A stretch of DNA of 64,000 nt. Source: Macrostomum lignano (Eukaryota). Shown here one piece after another: positions 36,575 through 47,272 of the stretch (position 1 is the stretch's first letter; the number at the start of each line of letters is the position of its first letter). Position numbers and translations under genes: made by a program. The DNA lies in the NCBI GenBank assembly GCA_002269645.1, contig NIVC01000521.1, forward strand, positions 399,876 to 463,875, in the 5' to 3' direction. A model generated the notes under the pieces. The model searched no databases. It was not told where the DNA came from and was given only the letters and a program-made list of their open reading frames with translations.

Positions 36575-38231
36575 TTTTCTTTCTTTCTTCTTCAGCGCTC
36601 GTCAGCGGCGCGGCGGCGCCGAAATAGACGGGGGCCAACGCCCCATGTTCCGGAGGAGCGAGAGGGCCAAGCCCGGTTCGGTAAGGAGGCGCTCCACTTC
36701 AGTGCCGACCAGGCGAGTGCGGTGCGCGTCCCCCCTCGGGCAGCTGTAGATCGCGTGCAGGCTCGAGTCCGGTGCCCCGCAGTCCTGGCAGAGCGGGGAG
36801 TCCGTCAGGCCGAAACGGTGTCGGACCTCGGCGGCGAGCATTGAGGCACCGGCTCGGAGTTGGCAGACCGCCGTGTGCTCGGTCCGGCTTCTAGCGTGGA
36901 AGGTTGGCCAGGCCGGGGGCATAGCGCTGTCGTCCAGCGCACGGCGGTCACGGCGGATGGCAGCCTTGGCAGCGCCCAGCGAAATGGCAGCCGTGGTTTG
37001 CGGCAAGCGGGCTGCGGCGTTCGCAGCTCTGTCCGCGGCTTCGTTAGCGGGTATGCCGCAGTGGGCAGGGACCCAGGCGAGGTCAATATCATTGAGGTCG
37101 CAGGTGCCCAGGCTGATGAGGAAACGCCAGCAGGAGAGGCCACTCTCGGTGCGCTGATCTAGGGGGCCCGCTTGCAGGGCCGTGAGCGACGATAGCGAGT
37201 CGCTGCACAGCCGGATGCGGGCTGCGCGAGGGGCGATCTTCTCCGCGACAAAGGTGAGGGCGTCTTTGATAGCGCGCATCTCAGCGTCGAATGAGCTGCA
37301 GAAGCGGCCAGCTGGGCTCTTCCGGACGAAGGTCACCAGGTTAGTACCGATGATGGCGGCGCTGCCTCCTGGCCCTGTGCCGTCGGCAACGGAGCCGTCC
37401 GTCCAAATGTTGATGTCTGCTTCAGGTAGGTCCTCCAGGGTGTCGCGGGCGGCTGCGTTCCGGTCGGCGGACGGGTCCGATTTGCTGCACCTCGAGGCTG
37501 CCTCCAGACAGAACCGGATTCTGTCCGTGTGTGCCTCCCAGGGAGCGATACCGGGACTACATATGTCGTCTCTGATGTACTGGTCGAGATCGACGCTGGC
37601 TGGCATCTCTAGTGCCGCTCGGCGCCAGCAGTTGCGGAAAGGGCGCCTAGTGTCTCTGAGGTCGATGTGGGGCGTGTCAATTTGGGCGTCCGTTGTCGTT
37701 GGTCTCCTCTGCCCAGCCTCGTAGGTGCGGTTCTTCAGCCTCGGGCGCGTGCTCCTGGTAGCAGGTTCGTGTGCTGCTGCGCCTGGGCCCAATCTCAGGA
37801 TCCTTTCCCGGAGGCGGGCGGCTCTTTCGGAGGCGACGTGGCTGACCGGTGGGAGCTCGGCAAGACGGAGAACGCTTCGCGTGTCCGAAGGTAGGATGCA
37901 GCCTGTGATGATCCTGGCACAGGCAGCCTGTTGACGCTCGATGGAGTGCCTTGTTGAGGGGGCTGCCCCGCAGAGCCAGGTGCCCGCGGCGTAGTCGGCG
38001 ACAGCCCTGACAGTGCTGACGTAGGCGGCTCTCAGCGTATGGTGGTCGGCTCCGGTGCTGCGGTTGGCTAGCGCCGCAAGCGGACGGCGCCGAGCGCACA
38101 TACGAGCGCGGACGTCGGCCCCCTGTTTGTTGAATGCGAGCTGGTCGTCGAGGCGCACTCCCAGGTAGCGTGGCGCTGGGTCATGGGCCAGCGGTTGGCC
38201 ACCGATGGTGAGGCTGACCTTCTTCTTTCCG
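36575..38231 (-). mobile_element. 5'-truncated non-LTR retrotransposon (I group, Ingi-like) with RT thumb, RNase H and C-terminal CCHC
   Basis: RYLGVRLDDQLAF (RT end); RNase H residues IWTDGS, FDAEMRAI, CSDSLS, WVPAHCGIPANEAAD; CQDC..H..C knuckle; GAA/GAAA tail at 36575-36593; 12-bp TSD CTGCTTGTGCTT at 36563-36574 and 38232-38243. Confidence 0.93.
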
Positions 38232-38889
38232 CTGCTTGTGCTTGCTGCTGCAATGCTTGCAATGCTGCAGCAATGCTTGTGCTTGCTGCTGCTGCTGCTA
38301 CATGTGCAACAGAAACCCAACAAGCTCATAAATAAAACAGCTGTCCCTGTAGTCAGAGATCCCCCTCCCCCAGTCTTTCTTTCTCAGATGGGGGGTTGAC
38401 TGCAGACTAAGCTTATAGCATTCTCTTATTGTCAGATCTGCAAACTCTCTCCCCACCCTTCCCTCAGAATGCGCAGAAGAGAGTTGCCTGCCTGTCTTTA
38501 GTTTTGAAGCTATAATGGTAATGGCTAGTTAAAGCAATGAGTGGAGTGGCCCAAGGCTCGCAAGTGATAGCCCTCTTGGAGCTGGGGAGCTGCTGCTGCT
38601 GCTGGTGGTAGCGGTGGGCAGCAGGCAGCTAGCTAAGTGATTTCCCAGCTCACCAGCTCATGCTGTGTGTTTGAAGCCACTCACAAAACCGGCTCCTCCA
38701 CCGCCTCAAGCTGCAATCTAAAATCTAGGAAACTTTCAGCTGCCTCATTTTACCGCTGAGGTTTTCTCCCCACCCCCCAAACTGGTTGAGTGAGTGAGTG
38801 GGAGTTCTCAATTGTTTTTCCTCTGCTGGACAGTGTGGGCGTTGTGTTTCTATTTCAGAAATGGGACAATTTTTCTGCAAGCATGAGAA

Positions 38890-39204
38890 GGCGCCAGAGT
38901 TAGGGAGGCGCCAGAGTTAGGGAGGCGCCAGAGTTAGGGAGGCGCCAGAGTTAGGGAGGCGCCAGAGTTAGGGAGGCGCCAGAGTTAGGGAGGCGCCAGA
39001 GTTAGGGAGGCGCCAGAGTTAGGGAGGCGCCAGAGTTAGGGAGGCGCCAGAGTTAGGGAGGCGCCAGAGTTAGGGAGGCGCCAGAGTTAGGGAGGCGCCA
39101 GAGTTAGGGAGGCGCCAGAGTTAGGGAGGCGCCAGAGTTAGGGAGGCGCCAGAGTTAGGGAGGCGCCAGAGTTAGGGAGGCGCCAGAATTAGGGAGGCGC
39201 CAGA
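38890..39204 (+). repeat. 17-bp minisatellite GGCGCCAGAGTTAGGGA, 18 copies plus a partial
   Basis: Direct reading; each unit contains TTAGGG. Confidence 0.97.
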
Positions 39205-41933
39205 TACTATCCGAGCACAGTTCATGAATTGCGTGTGCTGAGCAGGGCACAATAAAACAAGGCCAAGAGCACGATAATAAGAGTTTGGTAGCACGCTGCA
39301 ACGGTCGGCCATGCAGAGGGGTTGGCCGGGAGCATCTGGCTGTCGCGTGAGAAATCGTTGCCCGGGGAGGTCAAGATCTGCCTAAATAATGTCTCCCACG
39401 TGGATCTCCCGAGGGGATCCCCAGGCGTCGATAAAAGAATGTTACCGCCGGACCCTCCTCCGATTCGAGCTCAACCCTCTCTCGAAACCGCTTGGTGGAC
39501 ATTTGGCTCGTAGAACTCTCACCTTTGTGAGGCGGGGCGAGATAACCTTGAGACCTCAGCCTTTAAAAACTATCCAAGCCTTGAGTTGTTGGCAAGCAAT
39601 TAGCCAAGGACGGTTCCACAGACACGCGGAGAGTACAAGGCCTTTTTTTATTGCGGAATTCTTGAACAAAGAACGGGAGGAGGAATTACGGACGGAAGGA
39701 AGGAAGGAAGGAGTTTGAGACGCCAGAGACTGAGAAGGTGGGCGGGACAAAAGATGCCGTTTTGTTGATGCGGCGGCGGCGGCGGCGGCAGGAGGCCCTG
39801 TCTGTTGCGCCGCTGCTCTATCACTAAACACAAAAGCATTGCTTTTCATCGTCTGCGCCTGCTCTTGGAGACTTGCGCGACTCAGCAACTTAATGAGCAG
39901 AGCAGTTAGCGTCTCAGCAGGGGGTCGGGGGGGGGTTCGTCTATAGTCTGAAAAATCTTCCCTACACTGCTTGCCATGCTGTTTGGGGATATCTGAAAAA
40001 CTCTAATAAAACCAATGCCTGCAGTTTGGCTTTGTCAAACATGCAATTAGCGGATGATGATGAATTTAAAAAACATCCCCATTAGCGTCATCTCCAATAA
40101 GAATGCTCAATTCTTCACGGCTAGAATTGGGGGCAAGCTGGAGCTGGATGATGGAGACGGCGGCACCTGCCGCATGCGGATGCTGCCAGGATGTGGAATC
40201 TGAAGGGGCCCCGCACTTGTCACACCGTCCAGGGGATTTGGGAAACTTATTTTTTCCCCAACTTTCATAATAGTTGCTCTGTAGGAATCTGTTTGCTGCA
40301 TCGCTTTGTTGACTGATTTCAAAGCAGACAGGAAGACAGGGGGAAGCGGAATCGGGGGAGTCTTTCGGTTGCCGTGACCCTCCATCACTCTCGTACACAG
40401 ACAGTATTTTTGATTCAATATTTGCTGCAGGAAACTTACAGCGGAACTTGCCAACCTAATCCCCTGCCCCGGGTGTGTTTGATCGGCTCCGGGAGGGAGA
40501 GCGACTCTCCAGGAAAACACTGAAGATTTCTCCGGCAGATTTTTCGCATTCCAAATATACTGGCTTCTTATCCTCGAAGATGGAGAAGTTTTAGTTGCTA
40601 TGATGCCGGATCTCGGTCTCCAGACTCCCCAGTCTCGCTCCAAGAATGCGGGGAAAATAAGGAGCGCGAGTCCCAGGTTAGTATAATAAAAATCTCCCAA
40701 CAAGCATCGGCAGAGCAGAAGGCTCACAATTGACAAAAGCAGAAGACAAAGCAAGCAAAGAGTAAGGATCGCAGAGAGAGTCGACTCGACCTAACAAGTT
40801 TTAGTTACATAACAAGCGCCTGAACGCCTCTACACGGGTGGGGGCGCCTCTTCAGACGGCGAATGCACGAGAGGAATCGAATCCCGCCCTCTTGGAGACT
40901 AAAACACCAACCTCAAAAAAGAGACTTCCAACACACACATATCTGTGAACACAAGCTATAGAGCAACAAGCAGTCAGAAAAAAGAAGCATATTTGCAGAA
41001 TCTGGGCAATACCACGCGCACAGAAAGGGAGAAATGATAAAGAGCTAAACTTGCCAACACAAAGCAAGACAACTCTCACTGCAAGCCTGCTCAGATCTGT
41101 CTGGGCCAGCAGGGCAGATAGGGGAATTAACGATCAACATCCGGATAATTCTTCACTGCGAACTGTCCGATTTTTGTGTCCGAACCGAATGCGCGGAACT
41201 GAGCGTCATTAATATCATGGTGGTATCAATTTACCCCCCCCTCCCTGCAAAGCTGACTTTTGTCGGCGAACGGAATTAGACTGCATGGCCCCTGCAACTT
41301 CAGCGTTATTTAAACATAATCTTCCACTTTCTTTAATTATTAATTATTAAACAGGTGGAATTCCGTATTGTTAGTAAGCAGACCCGAGTGGGCGTGTCAG
41401 CAGATCTTGTCAGTCAGGTATATCTTCTTGTTGTTGTTGTATCGACGTTTTCTATATTAGCCGGCATTGACTTCCTCAATGGTCTCTAGGGGGGGGGGGT
41501 TCTGGAGTTGCATTACATGCGAGCTCAGATAAATAGATTACTCCGGAGAGTAGCCGCTATAGTCGAAAGAAAACACCAGTGGGCGACGCGCAACTTTTGA
41601 GTCTGTGATTAACCAATTAGATAACACCGCCACGTTGGTGGGCTTTAGGGACAGAGACGATTTTCTTATCAATATTCGCCTCCAATGTTTGTTTCTCGCC
41701 TCGATTCACACGGGACCGAACACTGTTTCACAGCCACCTTAATTATCTGGCTTACATATGCTAACATATGAGATCTTGGCGTCCGTTCTGATGGCATGAT
41801 GTACAGTGCGCATGCTAATCTATACAGCTAGACTGTGGTGCGAGAAAACTTCTCTCAATTTTGGGATAGACATTTTTAATAGCCTAAATCCATACGGGCC
41901 AAGACTTTAATCGAGAAAGTGATCTAGTAGTTG

Positions 41934-42330
41934 CATCTGGGAGGGTGGCCGAGGCCCCGCCTGGAGATCTGGGAGGGTGACGGTAGAGCTTGGGGATCTG
42001 GGAGGGTGACGGTAGAGCTTGGGGATCTGGGAGGGTGACGGTAGAGCTTGGGGATCTGGGAGGGTGACGGTAGAGCTTGGGGATCTGGGAGGGTGACGGT
42101 AGAGCTTGGGGATCTGGGAGGGTGACGGTAGAGCTTGGGGATCTGGGAGGGTGACGGTAGAGCTTGGGGATCTGGGAGGGTGCCGGTAGAGCTTGGGGAT
42201 CTGGGAGGGTGCCGGTAGAGCTTGGGGATCTGGGAGGGTGACGGTAGAGCTTGGGGATCTGGGAGGGTGACGGTAGAGCTTGGGGATCTGGGAGGGTGAC
42301 GGTAGAGCCTGGGGATCTGGGAGGGTGGTG
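41934..42330 (+). repeat. 29-bp minisatellite GGGGATCTGGGAGGGTGACGGTAGAGCTT
   Basis: Direct reading; shares GGATCTGGGAGG with the 28-bp family. Confidence 0.96.
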
Positions 42331-43819
42331 GCGGTCAAGCAACAAACGATCTGGAAGGTGTCTGGTAGGTAAAAGGTATCACAGACACCTTTAACTTGCG
42401 TTAACGCTACAAGAAGTGGGCTCTAGTCGCACAGAGCAGGAAATTTAATTTAGCTTCTGTTTGCCATTTTTGCAAGAATCAGTAGCAGCCCTCAAACCCA
42501 GCCAGGTAGAAAAACGCAACTGAGAAATCATCTTGTTGAGCAGGTGAGTTTGATGAGCGACCAAACACTCTGGGGGGGGAGGCAGGGGAAGAGATAGACA
42601 GACTACAACTGAAGCCAATCGCGGTAGTGATTATTGGCACATGGCAGTCATTAAATGGGATTTAGCAATGGGGATGATTTTTTTGGGGGGGGGGGTTGGT
42701 GGAGCTGTCAGCAGCAGGCAGGGCTTCCTACCAAGGCCAACCTGTTTGAATAATTGAGTCTCGCAAGGGCAGCTGCGGGGCAAATCGCAATTAGAGTTCT
42801 GTTATTATCATGATTATGATTATTATTGTTGATGGAGGAGGCGACCACTTGACGTCCGCGGCCTACCTGTCACGCGCTTGTCATTCAAGGCCGGAGCTGA
42901 GAGAGAGAGAAAAAAACTACCTTTAGGGTAGTGGGCTGGTGCAGGGGTTGCTCTGAGAGAGCCTCACCTGTAGGATTTTGGACTGATGATGCTGCTGCAG
43001 CTCATCCCAGCTGACTCAATTGGAAAGTTGGCTATTTTTTCCCTAATCAGAAGCACTTATCAGTCAAAGAATGATAGCTGTAGGGGCATGGGCAAACTGC
43101 CCTCCCCCATGGCTTTAAGAGCCAGAAAAGCTTTGCAAAAAAGCAATTGCAAGCAAAACTCCCTCCAGAAACGTCAATGGCAAGGAGGGTGGGCTGCAGT
43201 GGCGATTGCAGCTGTCCTCTATCAGGACTAGAAACCAGCTTAATAGATATCATTTTTGTAGCGAGCCTGTCCAATGCATTCATTGATTAAATTGTCCACC
43301 ACACGGCTGTCATTAAATGAGTAACTACTGAGCAATGCCTTCCTTACTCAGTCTGGCCAACTTTTTTACAACTCTTCATACAACAACCCCCCTCCCCCGA
43401 CTTCATGCAGCTATAATCCTTCCACCCCAAAGAAATGTCTGTTGAGCAATAATCAAAAGTTTCTAAATTTTGCCCAATTTATTCCTTCCGTCGAGCACCC
43501 CGGGCCCAATAACCTCTTGACTCCGGAGAGGTTGGATCTCTGTCTCAGAGGTCTGGCTTTTTCTGAAATATTGTCAAGCTGTCAAAAATTCTATATTGTT
43601 GAGCCTGGCGATTAGTGAAGGTTTTGGAGCACTATTTATTCTCCAGACAGATGACACTGATGAGGCCTGATGCAATCCTCACGAAACCTTTCTAGGAAAC
43701 CGCTATCTACTAATTTGCTTATCTACTTCTCTCTCCACTCTGTTTTACTGTGTCTACCTCTCTAAAAATTTGACATTGTCTACCTTGTCTGATTACTTCT
43801 TTGCTTACCTATCAAAACT

Positions 43820-44420
43820 TCCTGTCTAGCAAACTCAAACCTCTCTACCCGGACTACTCTTATGTCTACCCTAGCTACTTCTATATCTACCCTAACTACT
43901 TCCATGCCTACTCTAACTACTTCTATGTCTACCCTAGCTACTTCAATATCTACCCTAACTTCTATGTCTATCCTAGGTGCTCCCACATGTCTACTCTAAC
44001 TACTTCTATGTCTACCCTAGCTACTTCAATATCTACCCTAACTTATATGTCTATCCTAGGTGCTCCCATGTCTACTCTAACTACTTCCATGTCTACCCTA
44101 GCTACTTCTATATCTACCCCAATTATTTCCATGTCTATCCTAGGTGCTCCCATGTCTACTCTAACTACTTCCATGTCTACCCTAGCTACTTCTATATCTA
44201 CCCCAATTACTTCCATGTCTATCCTAGGTGCTCCCATGTCTACTCTAACTACTTCCATGTCTACCCTAGCTACTTCTATATCCACCCCAATTACTTCCAT
44301 GTCTACCCTAACTACTTCTATGTCTACCCTAGCTACTTCAATATCTACCCTAACTTCTATGTCTATCCTAGGTGCTCCCATGTCTACCTGAACTACTTCG
44401 ATGCCTACCCCAAATAATTT
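43820..44420 (+). repeat. Degenerate about 21-bp repeat (CTACCCTAGCTACTTCTATAT) with higher-order structure
   Basis: Direct reading. Confidence 0.88.
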
Positions 44421-44707
44421 TCTACCTATTCGAGACTGTTTTCTATGTCCACTCCTCAACTCTGTATTTCCTTTATTTACTATTCTGTCTGTCCTGCTTG
44501 TTGCATTATCTCTAAACCTCTTTTCTCCCTCTTTTTCTTCTGTCGGTTGCCATTCACTTTAAGCATCGACAATTTCACATTTCAAGCGCGTCATCATTCT
44601 CCATTACGATTCCATTGTTGTAATAAAAATCAAATTAGAAAGCTGCATGCAATATCAGATATAATAATGAACAGCATTCAAGTTTGCAAATGACAAATAA
44701 ACAATTT

Positions 44708-44720
44708 TTTATTGTTTATT
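44708..44720 (-). terminator. Tandem polyadenylation signals, candidate RPAP2 3' end
   Basis: Two AATAAA on the minus strand (TTTATT at 44708 and 44715), the first such signals found beyond the RPAP2 stop and the adjacent repeat. Confidence 0.5.
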
Positions 44721-44849
44721 GAATTCGAAGGCAAGCATCACTTTACAAAAAATGTTTAATGCAGATAAGTAAAAGTTTGCTTTTGGCAATGCGGACAAAC
44801 ATTTAGGAAAATGCCCTTGGGTAAGAAATGGATGCATGTTAGGCGGAGA

Positions 44850-45772
44850 TAGAGAAGTAGATAGTTGGGGAAGAGAAGTAGACAGTGGGAGGGAGAGTAG
44901 ACAGAGTGGGAAGAAAAGTAGACTGAGGGGAGAGAGAAGTAGACTGAGGGGAGAGAGAAGTAGACAGTAGGGAGAGAGAAGTAGACAGAAGGGAGAGAGA
45001 AATAGACAGTGGGGAGAGAGAAGTAGACAGTGGGGTAGAGAAGTAGACAGTGGGGAGAGAGAAGTAGACAGTGGGGTAGAGAAGTAGACAGTGGGGAGAG
45101 AGAAGTAGACAGTGGAGGAGACAGAGAAGTAGACAGTGGGGAGAGAGAAGTAGACAGTGAGGAGAGAGAAATAGACAGTGGAGGAGAAAGAGAAGTAGAC
45201 AGTGGGGAGAGAGAAGTAGACAGTGGGGAGAGAGAAGTAGACAGTGAGGAGAGAGAAATAGACAGTGGAGGAGAAAGAGAAGTAGACAGTGGGGAGAGAG
45301 AAGTAGACAGTGGGGGAGAGAAGTAGACAGTGGGGGAGAGAAATAGACAGTGGAGGAGACAGAGAAGTAGACAGTGGGGAGAGAGAAGTAGACAGTGAGG
45401 AGAGAGAAATAGACAGTGGAGGAGAAAGAGAAGTAGACAGTGGGAGAGAGAAGTAGACAGTGGGGGAGAGAAGTAGACAGTGGGGGAGAGAGTAGACAGT
45501 GTGGAGAGAGAGAAGTAGACAGTGGAGGAGAAAAAGAAGTAGACAGTGGGGAGAGAGTAGACAGTGGGGAGAGAGAGAAGTAGACAGTGGAGGAGAAAGA
45601 GAATTAGACAGTGAGGAGAGAGAAGTAGACAGTGGAGGAGAAAGAGAATTAGACAGTGGGGAGAGAGAAGTAGACAGTGGGGGAGAGAGTAGACAGTGTG
45701 GAGAGAGAGAAGTAGACAGTGGAGGAGAAAAAGAAGTAGACAGTGGGGAGAGAGAAGTAGACAGTGGAGGAG
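44850..45772 (+). repeat. about 21-bp purine-rich minisatellite GTAGACAGTGGGGAGAGAGAA
   Basis: Direct reading; begins about 40 nt past the RPAP2 stop. Confidence 0.95.
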
Positions 45773-45809
45773 TCGATATCGATAAAGTCAGAGTCAGTAC
45801 TCAACACGC

Positions 45810-45960
45810 TCAAGAATCTGCGCCATCAAGCAGCAGCCGGTCAGTCTCGTCCAACAGTCTGGCCAATGAGCTGCCGCGTCGGTCAAGGCAGGCCCGAGCC
45901 TGAGCTGCCAGGCCTTCAGCGTCCACCGCCGATCGAAGTTCCTTCCTCCGCCTGAGCAGT
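45810..45960 (-). CDS. RPAP2: RPAP2 distal terminal exon
   Basis: Strong acceptor tttttgtcccttttattgttgcag; phase 2 matches exon 5; amphipathic [49 protein letters not shown], similar in length to the remaining C-terminal tail of RPAP2 homologs as recalled. Confidence 0.72.
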
Positions 45961-47211
45961 CTGCAACAATAAAAGGGACAAAAACTGCAGAGAGCGAAAA
46001 AGAGAGGCACCAGAAAGTGCAAAAAAGAAGCACTAGACAGTCAGTTTAACTCCCGGGGCTTCTCTCAATTAATTCGTTCGGCGGGATTCCGGTCGGTGCG
46101 GTGACAAGTTAATACTCGATGGTGGTTTCGGATTATTATAGATTGGTTAAGCGCTGCCGAGCGCAACACAGTGGGGAGAGGGCAGATGAGCTCAAATGAT
46201 TGAGAAATCGAAGCTGAGCCAGCAGCATCAGCAGCTGCAGTTTGCCACATAATTGCCACCCTCTCTGTCCCCTCCCAACCCCAAATTGAACCCCAGCAGC
46301 CACCGAGCGCCTGTGTCCCGTCCTGTCTGCCCCGCATGTGTAAATATATGAACCCCCGCCGGAATTAAATCATTTCCTGCACTCGTCATTACCTCATTAA
46401 ACAGCAGCCGCAGCAGCAGCAGCGCAATCGGTCTGGGGGGGGCTTCGGCTGTAGGGGGGGGGGGAAAGTCACTGGAGATCCCGGCCAGTGTCAGATTTCT
46501 CTCTCCCCTACTCGGCCAGGCGAGCTGGCGGCCGGCGACGGGACCTCGCGATGTCGGAGTCCCGCCATCTAATTCAATCAGTGAAAACCTGACAGAGGGA
46601 CTGCCCGACCGGCAAATCCCAGAGGATCGGCGGTGGGGGGGGGAGGAGAGTCCGGGGAGTGTCAGATGCTGCTGGGGCTCAAATCTCTCTGCCCCAGCCT
46701 CTTCGTCAGAAGCTTCTCGCGGACCCGCCGCTCTGCTGCTGTTGCCAGATTTTCAGCTCCTGCCTTTCCCGCCAATTTCTGGAGACTCTTCTCGGGAAAG
46801 CAGAAAAAACACACAGACACACAGAGATACAGGAAGAGACAGCATTTAATTAAACTGGATCGAGGGAGCGGAGATGTGCCAAAAGGAATGCGAAAACAGA
46901 TTAAAGCGGCCCCCGGCTAGGATGGATGTAGCCAAGGGAAATCCCTGGGACAGCTGGACTCTGGCCAGCTGAGGGTGGGCTGCATGGTCAGCTGCTGTTG
47001 AGAATTCGAGCTGAGGAAGATACCAAAACATGGCCGCAAAGGAATGGCTTGGATGGGGAGACAGGGAAATAACTGAAACTGCTGACAACTGGGCGCTGCC
47101 GACTGGAAAGGTGCGACATGCAGACAGGCAGACAAAAAAACAGACAGACAGACAGAGAGACAGACAGAGACAGACAGGCAGACAGACACGCAGACAGACA
47201 GATAGACAGAA

Positions 47212-47272
<61 letters not shown>

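Noticed and set aside
38232-38329. N-terminal extension of the 575-aa retroelement ORF
   Set aside because: Lies outside the TSD; it is flanking host low-complexity sequence that happens to be in frame.
40107-40754. 215-aa minus-strand ORF as an intervening gene
   Set aside because: No recognisable domain, near-cognate start, and no convincing splice partners; RNA-seq would settle it.
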